Below, one piece after another: positions 8,854 to 18,100 of a DNA stretch of 64,000 nucleotides; the stretch's first letter is position 1, and the number at the start of each line of letters is the position of its first letter. Source of the DNA: an uncultured Chitinophagaceae bacterium (GTDB lineage Bacteria > Bacteroidota > Bacteroidia > Chitinophagales > Chitinophagaceae); NCBI GenBank assembly GCA_937996595.1, contig CALKVC010000094.1:12202-76201 (forward strand), written 5' to 3'. The notes beneath the pieces were generated by a model, which saw only the letters and a program-made list of their open reading frames with translations, made no database searches and was not told where the DNA came from. The translations under genes and the position numbers were made by a program.

Positions 8854-10116
8854 TTATCCGGCAACACCTGCCTGTTTATCCGATTCCCCGTTTCCAACAC
8901 CAAAAACCGCCTTATACAGCGGCATGCTGAACCCTTTTTTCAACAGGAAAAACAGCACAACACAATATAAGGTGCTGAACAGGATAACCGAAAAACAGAC
9001 AGACTGGATGATGATGCCGTCTTCGTGGCCCTGCTGAAACGGCAGTGTGGCGATTACGGCAGCGCCCAGCCCTTTGGGAATCATGAAGGAGATGGTTGCC
9101 TTGTCCAGTAAAGGCGTATTGCGGGCAATAACCAGTTTTACAGCAATGATGCGTACCAGGAACAACGCCATTGTAATAACGGCGCCCCATAGTAGCCATT
9201 CTACCCGGTTAACCTGTATGCTTACACCAATGAATACGAAAAAGAATGTTCGCAGCAGGAAGACCAGTTCGCTGAAAAAATTTTTTTCGGCTTCCGGTAA
9301 TACGATATTTTGATTGGGAACTATTCTCTCCAGCAGGCGCGGTTCAAAATAGGGAAGGTTGCCTATAGCGATGCCGAAAGACAATGCAGTGAGCGGGCCA
9401 CTGAATTGCAGGTATTCTGTTATTCCGTACAATATAAACAGGAATGCCGGAGTGGAAAACTTGGTGGCTTTTAATGTCTGAATACGGTTTATGATAAACG
9501 ACCATAAAAAGGCCCCAAAGATTCCGATAACCAATGCCATTACCAGCGAAGATATAAACTGCGCAACCAGGGTATGAGCCTGCATTTCTCCGGTTAGCAT
9601 AAATCCGAGTATGCTTAATGGTATGGCCAGGGTAAACACGTCGGTTTCAGCCGATTCAATGATAAGGGTGGTGGCTGTTTTTGGTTTCACGGCTATTTTT
9701 TTCACCAGCCCCACCACCACAGCTGAAGAAGTGCCTCCCAGCGCCGCTCCAATAAACAAGCTGGATAACAATGGTAGCCGGAAAATTACCATGCTTAATA
9801 TGGTAGTGGTAATCCAGGTGCTTATAAACCCAATGGTAGTAATACCTGCAGATTCTTTGAATGAAGACTTCACTTCTGCAATCTTCAGGTCTGTGCCGCT
9901 TTCAAAAAGGATAAAAATCAACACCAGGTTGCTGAACAGGGAACCGAATTTGCCGAAAGAAGAAGGGTCTACCAAATGAAATACAGGGCCAATCAGTATA
10001 CCAATGAACATCAACCCCAGCACATCTGGTATGCTTCTTCGCTCAAAAACCCCTGTGAGGAAATGTCCCCAGAAAATAAACAGGCCGATGATGATGATGA
10101 TGACGGGTGTTTGCAT
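8854..10116 (-). CDS. cation:proton antiporter (Na+/H+ exchanger family)
   Basis: 420 aa, polytopic, with an N-terminus typical of CPA transporters (IPDVLGLMFIGILIGP). Confidence 0.85.
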   Translation of the reverse strand: MQTPVIIIIIGLFIFWGHFLTGVFERRSIPDVLGLMFIGILIGPVFHLVDPSSFGKFGSLFSNLVLIFILFESGTDLKIAEVKSSFKESAGITTIGFISTWITTTILSMVIFRLPLLSSLFIGAALGGTSSAVVVGLVKKIAVKPKTATTLIIESAETDVFTLAIPLSILGFMLTGEMQAHTLVAQFISSLVMALVIGIFGAFLWSFIINRIQTLKATKFSTPAFLFILYGITEYLQFSGPLTALSFGIAIGNLPYFEPRLLERIVPNQNIVLPEAEKNFFSELVFLLRTFFFVFIGVSIQVNRVEWLLWGAVITMALFLVRIIAVKLVIARNTPLLDKATISFMIPKGLGAAVIATLPFQQGHEDGIIIQSVCFSVILFSTLYCVVLFFLLKKGFSMPLYKAVFGVGNGESDKQAGVAG

Positions 10117-10532
10117 AATATTTTTTACTTATGATGTAACCCTTCCATTCACCCTGTAAAGCGGGGTAAAAACCGAATTTCGTCAATTAACCCGGTAATA
10201 TGCTCCCAGCTTTTTATTTTAACAACATGTACGCAAATCATAATCCCGGGTAATTCCATTAGTTGGAATGATAAAAACTAATGAATATCCAGGTACCATT
10301 GGATTACACAATTCTAATTCATTCACAACTAAAATAACAGCCTGAATTCCTCCCTTTTATAATATCTAACAAATATAAACGCTCATTCATATCGATTTGA
10401 ACCTGTTGAAAAAGGAATTTTTTGCAAAATCTCGTGTACTTTACTAACTATGTTACCAGAATATCAATTTTATTAAGCTTCGTATCAGTTATTGATATCA
10501 CAGTTATGTAGTAGAAACTTAAAAAACAGACA

Positions 10533-11891
10533 ATGAACAGAAAAACTTTTATTAAAAATGCAGGGCTTGCTGCCGCATCCATAACCTTATTACCAGCAGG
10601 AAGCCTATTTGCATCTGCCCGGGATATCAAAATAAAAATAGCCATCATCGGTGTTGGCCTTCGCGGACAGGAACATCTTGACCTTTTATTGCGAAGGAAC
10701 GATGTGGAATTGGTTGCCATGTGTGATATTGATGACCGGATGTTGTCCATTTCCAAGGAGATAATAAGCAAAAGCGGTAAAAAAATGCCCGCTGTTTTTA
10801 CCGGTGATTTATATGCCTGGAAAAAAATGCTGGAAATAAAAGGAGGGATTGATGGGATAGTCATTGCTACACCCTGGGAGTGGCATAAGGAAATGATCAT
10901 TGGCTCGCTGGAAGCCGGCATCAAATATATAGGTACTGAAGTAATGCTGGGGGTAACACTGCAGGACCATTGGGATGTGGTGAAGAAAACAGAAAAACAG
11001 CAGGCCCATGTTATGATGCTTGAAAATGTTTGTTACAGGAGGGATGTGATGGCTGTACTTAACATGGCAAGGCAGGGTTTATTCGGAGAATTGATTCATT
11101 TGCAGGGTGGCTACCAGCACGACCTGAGGGATGTGAAATTCAATGATGGCATAAATGCTTATGGTGGCGGCTGTGAGATGGGTGATAAAGGCTGGAGCGA
11201 AGCCCGCTGGCGGACACATCATTCCATTTACAGGAACGGTGACCTGTATCCAACCCATGGCATCGGCCCCATTGCCCATTATATTAATATCAACAGGGGT
11301 AACCGGTTTGTAAACCTTTGTTCCTTCTCCTCAAAAGCTAGAGGATTACATAACCATATTGTAAAAACCTGCAGTGATCAGCACCCAAATGCTAAAATAA
11401 ATTTCAAGCTGGGTGATGTGGTCACCACTTCCCTCAATTGCGCCAATGGCGAAACCATCTTATTGCAACACGATACCAACCTCCCACGCCCTTATTCACT
11501 GGGCTTCCGGGTGCAGGGCACCGAAGGTTTGTGGATGGATGTAAACAAAGGGATATACATAGAAGGAAAAACGGCTAAACCGCATCAATGGGATGCTGCC
11601 AAAGAATGGTTAGACAAATATGACCATCCGTTGTGGGCAAGATGGAGCAAGGAAACTGCCGGTGCCGGCCATGGCGGCATGGATTTTTTTGTGATGCATG
11701 CGTTTGTAGAATCCATTAAACGCAAAACGGCCACACCCATGGATGTTTATGATGCAGCGGCATGGAGTGCTATTTCACCATTGAGCGAGCAGTCAATAGC
11801 GTTAGGCAATGAAACGGTGGAATTCCCCGATTTCACCGGTGGGCAATGGATGTATCGCAAACCGGTTTTTGCATTCAACGATGAGTTTTAA
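10533..11891 (+). CDS. Gfo/Idh/MocA-type NAD-dependent oxidoreductase / GH109-like glycosidase with a Tat-like signal
   Basis: 452 aa. It has a signal-like N-terminus (MNRKTFIKNAGLAAASITLLPAGSLFA) and a Rossmann motif (IAIIGVGLRGQEH). Its length matches GH109-like proteins. Confidence 0.8.
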   Translation: MNRKTFIKNAGLAAASITLLPAGSLFASARDIKIKIAIIGVGLRGQEHLDLLLRRNDVELVAMCDIDDRMLSISKEIISKSGKKMPAVFTGDLYAWKKMLEIKGGIDGIVIATPWEWHKEMIIGSLEAGIKYIGTEVMLGVTLQDHWDVVKKTEKQQAHVMMLENVCYRRDVMAVLNMARQGLFGELIHLQGGYQHDLRDVKFNDGINAYGGGCEMGDKGWSEARWRTHHSIYRNGDLYPTHGIGPIAHYININRGNRFVNLCSFSSKARGLHNHIVKTCSDQHPNAKINFKLGDVVTTSLNCANGETILLQHDTNLPRPYSLGFRVQGTEGLWMDVNKGIYIEGKTAKPHQWDAAKEWLDKYDHPLWARWSKETAGAGHGGMDFFVMHAFVESIKRKTATPMDVYDAAAWSAISPLSEQSIALGNETVEFPDFTGGQWMYRKPVFAFNDEF

Positions 11892-11900
11892 ACAGCAAAC

Positions 11901-12953
11901 ATGTTGATAATACCAGAACCCGTACTGAACGAATTCGGCTTACAAAGCAACGAGGTAACCATAACGCCGGTTAACATCGGGCTGATTAACCGTACCTGGA
12001 AATTAGTGCATAATGAAACTGCCTTTATATTACAACAGGTAAACGATGCCGTGTTTAAAAAGCCGGAAGACATTTCATTCAACTTAGCTGCAATCGGTTC
12101 TTATTTGCACGTACACAAGCCGGATTATTTTTTTACTGCTCCCGTAAAAACAATCACCGGTGATGAGTTGGTTTACATACGGCAACAGGGCTATTTCCGG
12201 ATGTTCCCTTTTGTAGCAGGTTCCCATACGATAGATACGGTGGAAACGCCGGAGCAGGCTTATGAGGCTGCCAGTCAGTTTGGTAAATTTACCGCTTCAC
12301 TCAGCGGGTTCGACCATACAACACTTAAGATAACGATTCCCGGCTTTCATGACCTGTCACTTAGGTTCAAAAATTTTAAGGAAGCGCTCAATACAGGAAA
12401 TAAAAACAGGTTACAGGAATCGGCTGCTGTCATCAGCCGGTTGAAAAGCTGGTATCCCATTGCGGAGAAATTTGAACAGATAAGGAGCTTCGGGGCTTTC
12501 AAGCTCCGTGTTATGCACCACGATAGCAAGATCAGCAATGTGTTGTTTGATACAAATGACAAAGGGATCTGTGTAATTGACCTCGACACCGTGATGCCCG
12601 GATATTTTTTCAGCGACCCGGGTGATATGATGCGCACCTACCTGTGCCCCGTAAATGAAGAAGAGGCTGATTTTTCTAAAATCGAAATACGCCCTGACTA
12701 TTATAAGGCGATTACCGATGGATACCTTGCTGAAATGAACAACGAACTTACTGAAACGGAAAAAAAGAATTTCTTTTATTCCGGTGCTTGCATGATATAC
12801 ATGCAAGCGCTCCGTTTTGCAACAGACTACCTCAACAACGATATGTATTACGGAACGGCATATCCCGGCCATAACCTGGTAAGGGCAGGCAACCAGGCTG
12901 TATTATTAGAAAGGTATTTGAAAATGGAGAACCAGCTAATGGCTGCTATATAA
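11901..12953 (+). CDS. APH/choline-kinase-fold phosphotransferase, probably a sugar (anomeric) kinase
   Basis: 350 aa with a catalytic loop HHDSKISNVLFD and a metal-binding VIDLDT. It starts 10 nt after the preceding gene. Confidence 0.75.
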   Translation: MLIIPEPVLNEFGLQSNEVTITPVNIGLINRTWKLVHNETAFILQQVNDAVFKKPEDISFNLAAIGSYLHVHKPDYFFTAPVKTITGDELVYIRQQGYFRMFPFVAGSHTIDTVETPEQAYEAASQFGKFTASLSGFDHTTLKITIPGFHDLSLRFKNFKEALNTGNKNRLQESAAVISRLKSWYPIAEKFEQIRSFGAFKLRVMHHDSKISNVLFDTNDKGICVIDLDTVMPGYFFSDPGDMMRTYLCPVNEEEADFSKIEIRPDYYKAITDGYLAEMNNELTETEKKNFFYSGACMIYMQALRFATDYLNNDMYYGTAYPGHNLVRAGNQAVLLERYLKMENQLMAAI

Positions 12954-13274
12954 AGCCACTTTTTATTCCCGGCATTAGAAACAGGAGATATGGCTTTCTC
13001 AATCATTCATTTTGCACACATCAAAGCCCATATTATTAATTACTGATGAAATGAAGAAACATTTAAATCAAAAATCAGCCCTGAACTGTTTATCCCGGTA
13101 ACCATACAATTAAGAACCCAACTATTTTAATAATAAACAGCCAGGATGGTTAGGCATCGCTATCCTGTTGCCGGTAATACTTTTTATTATTCATATGTTC
13201 AGTACAACCAGTTACACAGTCAATGGCAATTGTTTGCATATAAATCAAGGTTCTTGTTGTGCTTGAAGGGTTCC

Positions 13275-13385
13275 GGGGCGAAGTTTAGCACGGAATGGAG
13301 AATTGTCATTTACAGTTAACCCTAATAAGGAGATTAGCGGATGCTTGTTTTCTGTGAGATATTTTTAGTAATACTACTGTTGGTG
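13275..13385 (+). repeat. direct repeat copy 1 flanking the AT-rich cassette
   Basis: ggagaattgtcatttacagttaacc...ggagattagcggatgcttgttttctgtgagat...atactactg. By hand alignment it has 14 mismatches against copy 2 in the first 80 aligned positions. Confidence 0.75.
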
Positions 13386-13451
13386 CTGTGTAACATATAG
13401 TAGTTCTTTTAGCCGTGAATTTATAGAGTAAGTAGCTGATGTAAACATGCT

Positions 13452-13868
13452 TTAATGCCGAATAGTCCTATTAGATATATTTTGATTATACTTTATGATG
13501 AATGTATCAATAGCCTTTTCATCTAATTTACCTTCGGTGTCAAATAATTTATTTTCATAGAACCATTTTATTAGCTTCTCTCCCCAAAACGCTAAATCAT
13601 TTTCCATGGATTTATTCAAAGTCAGAAAGTTTATTTTGATGTAATCATCTTGCACATAACCCCTGGTTTCATTATCATTATAATAAATAAACACTAATTC
13701 ATTATTGGTGTTTTTCTCGTAAATGCTAAATTCTCCGGTGTTATTGTTTTTTTTATACGTAAAGACTTCAACATCGTCAATTAGTATTTTGTTATTTTTC
13801 AGTTTTATTTTCTGTGAATAGCAATTTGTTGCAAAAAAAGTAAGAGCCAGGAAAATAATATTTCTCAT
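13452..13868 (-). CDS. hypothetical secreted protein
   Basis: 138 aa, very AT-rich, Asn/Lys-rich, with an N-terminal signal peptide (MRNIIFLALTFFATNCYSQ). Confidence 0.6.
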   Translation of the reverse strand: MRNIIFLALTFFATNCYSQKIKLKNNKILIDDVEVFTYKKNNNTGEFSIYEKNTNNELVFIYYNDNETRGYVQDDYIKINFLTLNKSMENDLAFWGEKLIKWFYENKLFDTEGKLDEKAIDTFIIKYNQNISNRTIRH

Positions 13869-13954
13869 TTTAGCTGTTTTTTGTTAGTAGATATAACAGA
13901 TATTTTGTTTTAACAAAGCTGCCAACGAAATGTTGTGTGCTGCCCTTCTTTCAT

Positions 13955-14473
13955 TTACTTCTTCGATTTTTTTATTGCGTCAACGTACTTCTTTTTAATT
14001 GCATTGTCTTGTTCAGTTTCACAAATTGCTTCAAGTGCCGGCAATAAGTCCTTATTATATTTCATCTTAAGTTTGAGAATTTCTCCAAGTGCGAATGCTG
14101 CTGCCCAACGAACAACTGTTCCATTGTCTTTGGCGTTTGCCAGTAAGTTATTTATAGGTTTTGTGAGCTTTGTCGGAAAAAGTTTTGCAATGTTCCCAAT
14201 TACTTTTGCACTTTCCCATTTTACTCTCGGTGCAGTTTCAGTCAAGCTCTTTGTTACAAATGCTAAAACATTATCGTCTGCAATATTTGCGTTTTGTCTT
14301 GTTGCAAATTCAATAGCTTCTATGCAAGTTCCTTTTTCCGGGTCTTTTGAACTTTCAGCAAACACAATTAACTCGTCAGTTGGCAATGAACCGTCTAACA
14401 GCCATTTACTTATTGTTTCAACTTTCTCTTTCGCCTTTTTTGTTTTGTCTTTAAGGAGTTCTGATATTGTCAT
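13955..14473 (-). CDS. HEAT/ARM-repeat-like helical protein
   Basis: 172 aa with repeated helical motifs (RVKWESAKVIGNIA, VVRWAAAFALGEIL). I prefer it over the overlapping low-complexity plus-strand ORF 13935-14531. Confidence 0.55.
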   Translation of the reverse strand: MTISELLKDKTKKAKEKVETISKWLLDGSLPTDELIVFAESSKDPEKGTCIEAIEFATRQNANIADDNVLAFVTKSLTETAPRVKWESAKVIGNIAKLFPTKLTKPINNLLANAKDNGTVVRWAAAFALGEILKLKMKYNKDLLPALEAICETEQDNAIKKKYVDAIKKSKK

Positions 14474-14751
14474 TTTACTAAACTTAGAATTTGTCTGTAA
14501 TAGTAAGGTCGTTAATTTATTTTCAATGTAGAGCAGGGTGCATTATAGGGTTGCACACAACTCGTTAATTTACGTCACTCCACCCCTTCACATTACGCCA
14601 ATACAAAAAGCGGTAAGTGGATTGCAGAAATATCTTCAAATTACAATAATTTTATTTATTTCCTCATAAGAGCTGGTACAAATTACAAAGCCATCTGTTA
14701 GCCAAATCCTTATAAATATAGCGGGAAGATTCTTGTTATTCAAGCCAGGCC

Positions 14752-14864
14752 GCTGGGCGGTATAATGCAAAGATTGGAGAATTGTCATTTTCAGTTAACC
14801 ATCATGGGGAGATTGGGGGATGATTGTTTTCTGTGTGATATATATAGCAAATACTACTGATAGG
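14752..14864 (+). repeat. direct repeat copy 2 flanking the AT-rich cassette
   Basis: ggagaattgtcattttcagttaacc...ggagattgggggatgattgttttctgtgtgat...atactactg, in the same orientation as copy 1. Confidence 0.75.
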
Positions 14865-14994
14865 TAAAATTTCTTGCCGAATTGCTATGTAAATAAATGG
14901 CAACGATATGCAGGGTAGCATTAATGATATGTTTACCTAAACTATCTTCCTTTTCCCTTGTAGCTTAGTGCCAGGTTGGCAAAGTAAAATACCG

Positions 14995-15114
14995 CTATGG
15001 AACAATAATTGTTTCATTTGTTTTCTTTCCATCTTCCGCTGTTATGCTTAACTGGTAGCTGCCTGCTGCAAGTATATTGTCGGGCTGTATCTCTTTTACA
15101 ACAGTTCCCGGATT
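14995..15114 (-). other. orphaned coding remainder of the T9SS C-terminal domain (in frame, downstream of the TAA at 15115-15117)
   Basis: The same frame continues NPGTVVKEIQPDNILAAGSYQLSITAEDGKKTNETIIVP and then reaches TAG (complement of 14995-14997). Confidence 0.7.
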
Positions 15115-18100
15115 TTAATACATGATGCCATTATACACCACCTGCCCCAGTTTATTGCTTAGCTCAAACCTGTAAATGCCTTTTGGCTGGTTACTAAACC
15201 TGATATAAATCTTTTGATCAACCACGGGATTGGGATAAACAGCTATTGAAGGATCGCCGGGCTTCACTTGCAATTTGGCATTATTGAAGTTAAATCCCTT
15301 TTCCTGTTCGGCATACAGGGGGTTGGTTTTATACGGAGCCTTTTTGGTTTTCTTAAATACCATTATAAATCGGTCTGAAGCCTGCGAGCCCGCATCTTCC
15401 GTTACGCTGAAACTGATGAAGCTGCTGTCGGTCATGCTTACTTCTGAACTGGTAAATTTGAATCGATCAACCAGGTAGGCATGCAAGCCTCCGTTTCGCA
15501 TGTTCAGCGGTGCAAAGCGAAACTCATAGAGCTGCTTTTTCAGGTTTTGCAAATAGTAGAAGATCGTATCGTGCTTCATTACTTCGTTTCGGGCTTCCAC
15601 AGCCAGTATAGAATCTGATCTTTTTATACCGAAGTTCTCTCCTCCGTTCATAATCTTCAACGCATCATTTTCATTTACTTCATTGCCCAACCCGTCTTGA
15701 AAAGCTACTATATTGCCATCGGCTATAATGCCGGTGTTGGTAAAAAGGGAGGCAAATATGAACCCACGATTGGCCAAATTATTATTGACTGAGCCTGGCC
15801 TGTTCACCAGCCTGCTTCCATTTGCTTTTACCGTTTCATTAAAATTCACACTGCCGCCTGTTCCATTACCTTTTACAAACACCGCCTGCCCTGATTCTAT
15901 AAATGGTGCAGGTACGCCTGCAGGATAGAAATCAGTTGCAGGGTTGCCGGTTGGCGGTGTGCCTACCGTTGGTATATAACCTGCTAATCCGGTGATGGTC
16001 TGGTATCCGCCCACGTTGTAATTACCGGCCAGTTTAGGATCCCAGACATAAAATACATCGTTGATGCCGGTACTGATGGCAAGTACTTTACTGAACTCTA
16101 TCCGTGACGCATACGGGTTACCAAAAGTTTGAAACTTATTGGCAGCAACCGTAACAGATGCCGGTGGGTTGCCCGGTTGAAATAGTGTTCCTGTACTTCT
16201 TAAAACCGTATTATTGGGAGCAGCACCAGAAGTGGTAACTGTTCTGTCGCCACGAACAAAAAGCATATAGCCCAGTTTATTTTGTAAGGATGTATTGGTA
16301 TTGGTAACTGCCGTCCAGTTCACAGCTGCATCGTTGAAAAATTTCAGTGATGGCAGCGCAGTGGTAATATCGAATCCGGTACCCGTTCCCGTTATGATGG
16401 TTCCGAAACCAGCTGGCGTTGTGCCATTTTCCTGCCATGCCTGGCGTATGGTTTGTCCGGTGGTTGGGGTGGCGAGGAACTGCCAGGTTTTGGTATGAGC
16501 GCCTCCGGTTATTCCGGTATGGATATATCTTTCTACTGTTACATCACCTATGATGCTTCCTGATATGGCTCCAATTCTTGACGTTCCGTTAACATCTGAT
16601 TTTAAAGTAAGATTACCCCCGGTATTGAGTACTGCATTTGTATTAACTGTTACTGTACCCGGGCTGGCTCCTGCAGCAATGCTCAATGCTGTACCCAGTG
16701 TAGCGCTGGCTGTATCGGCAATGTACAGGTCTTTAAGGATCGCAGCACTTGTTGCAAAAAGCAATGTTCCTGCATCACCATTTAAAGTGAGGTTAGATGA
16801 AGCAGATCCTTTTAGTGTACCGCTTCCTGTTATAGCCCGGTTGATGGTGAGCGTATTGCCATTAATATCTACCGTTGCATTACCATTTAGAGCCAGGTCG
16901 CGGACCTGCACATTCGATGACAATAACGGCATTGGAACAGCATTGTTCAATATGACTGCATCAATTTGTGGATGATTGGGAGGTATCCCGCAGGTCCAGT
17001 TGCTGCCGGTACTCCAGTTATTGGTACCTCCTCCGGTCCAGGTATTCGTACTGTTAAGGTTAACCACGGTAGCTGCTGATGTAGCACTACACCCATGCCC
17101 ATCCGTTACCGTTACTGTATAACTGCCGGCCGTAGACGCCGTAATGGATTGGGTGGTTTCTCCGGTTGACCAGGAATAGGTGCAGCCGGGGCCATATTCC
17201 CAAAAATCTCTTGTGTATACCCCATCATATCCCGTTCCTATATACCCTTTTGAACCAATACTAAAGCCAGCAGCACCCTCCCTGGCTGTGCCTCCAAAAT
17301 CTGCTTTTTGAACCCAGGAATTTGAAACAGGATCATATTCCCAAAAATCCTTTTTACGTGTGCCATCATTTCCTGTTCCAATATACCCTTTGCTGCCTAT
17401 GGAAAAGCCAACAGCATCCTGCCTTGCTGTACCACCAAAATCAGTTTGCTGAACCCAGGAATTAGAAACAGGATCATATTCCCAAAAATCTTTTTTAAGT
17501 GACAAAGCCAAACCCGTCCCGATATACCCTTTGTTGCCTATGGAAAAGCCAACTGCATTGTCTCTTGCTGTTCCACCAAAATCTGCTTTTTGAACCCAGG
17601 AATTGGATACAGGATCATATTCCCAAAAATCTTTTTTTCGTGTGCCATCATTTCCTGTTCCAATATACCCCTTGCTGCCTATAGAAAAGCCAACTGCATT
17701 ACATCTTGCTGTTCCACCAAAATCCGCTTTCTGCGTCCAGGTATTTCCGACAGGATCATATACCCAAAAATCTTTTTTTAAAAAAACGCCTTCAATCCCC
17801 GTTCCAACGTACCCTTTACTGCCTATAGAAAAGCCAACTGCTAATCTTCTTGCTGTTCCACCAAAATCCGCCTTTTGAGTCCAGGTATTGCCGATGGAAT
17901 CATATTCCCAAAAATCTTTTTTAAAAGAAAGGGCATCAAACCCCGTTCCGACGTACCCTTTACTGCCTATGGAAAAGCCAACTGCGAATATTACTCCATT
18001 ACCATTAATGCCAAAATCCGCCTTTTGGGTCCAGGTATTGCCAACAAAAGCAGTGAGGGATACTGACCCCCCCGAACAAAAAGTGGTGGGACCGGAGGGC

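Noticed and set aside
13935-14531. 198-aa plus-strand ORF in the AT-rich cassette
   Set aside because: Its translation is a low-complexity Phe/Ser/Leu-rich string. The opposite strand gives a balanced helical HEAT-like protein.
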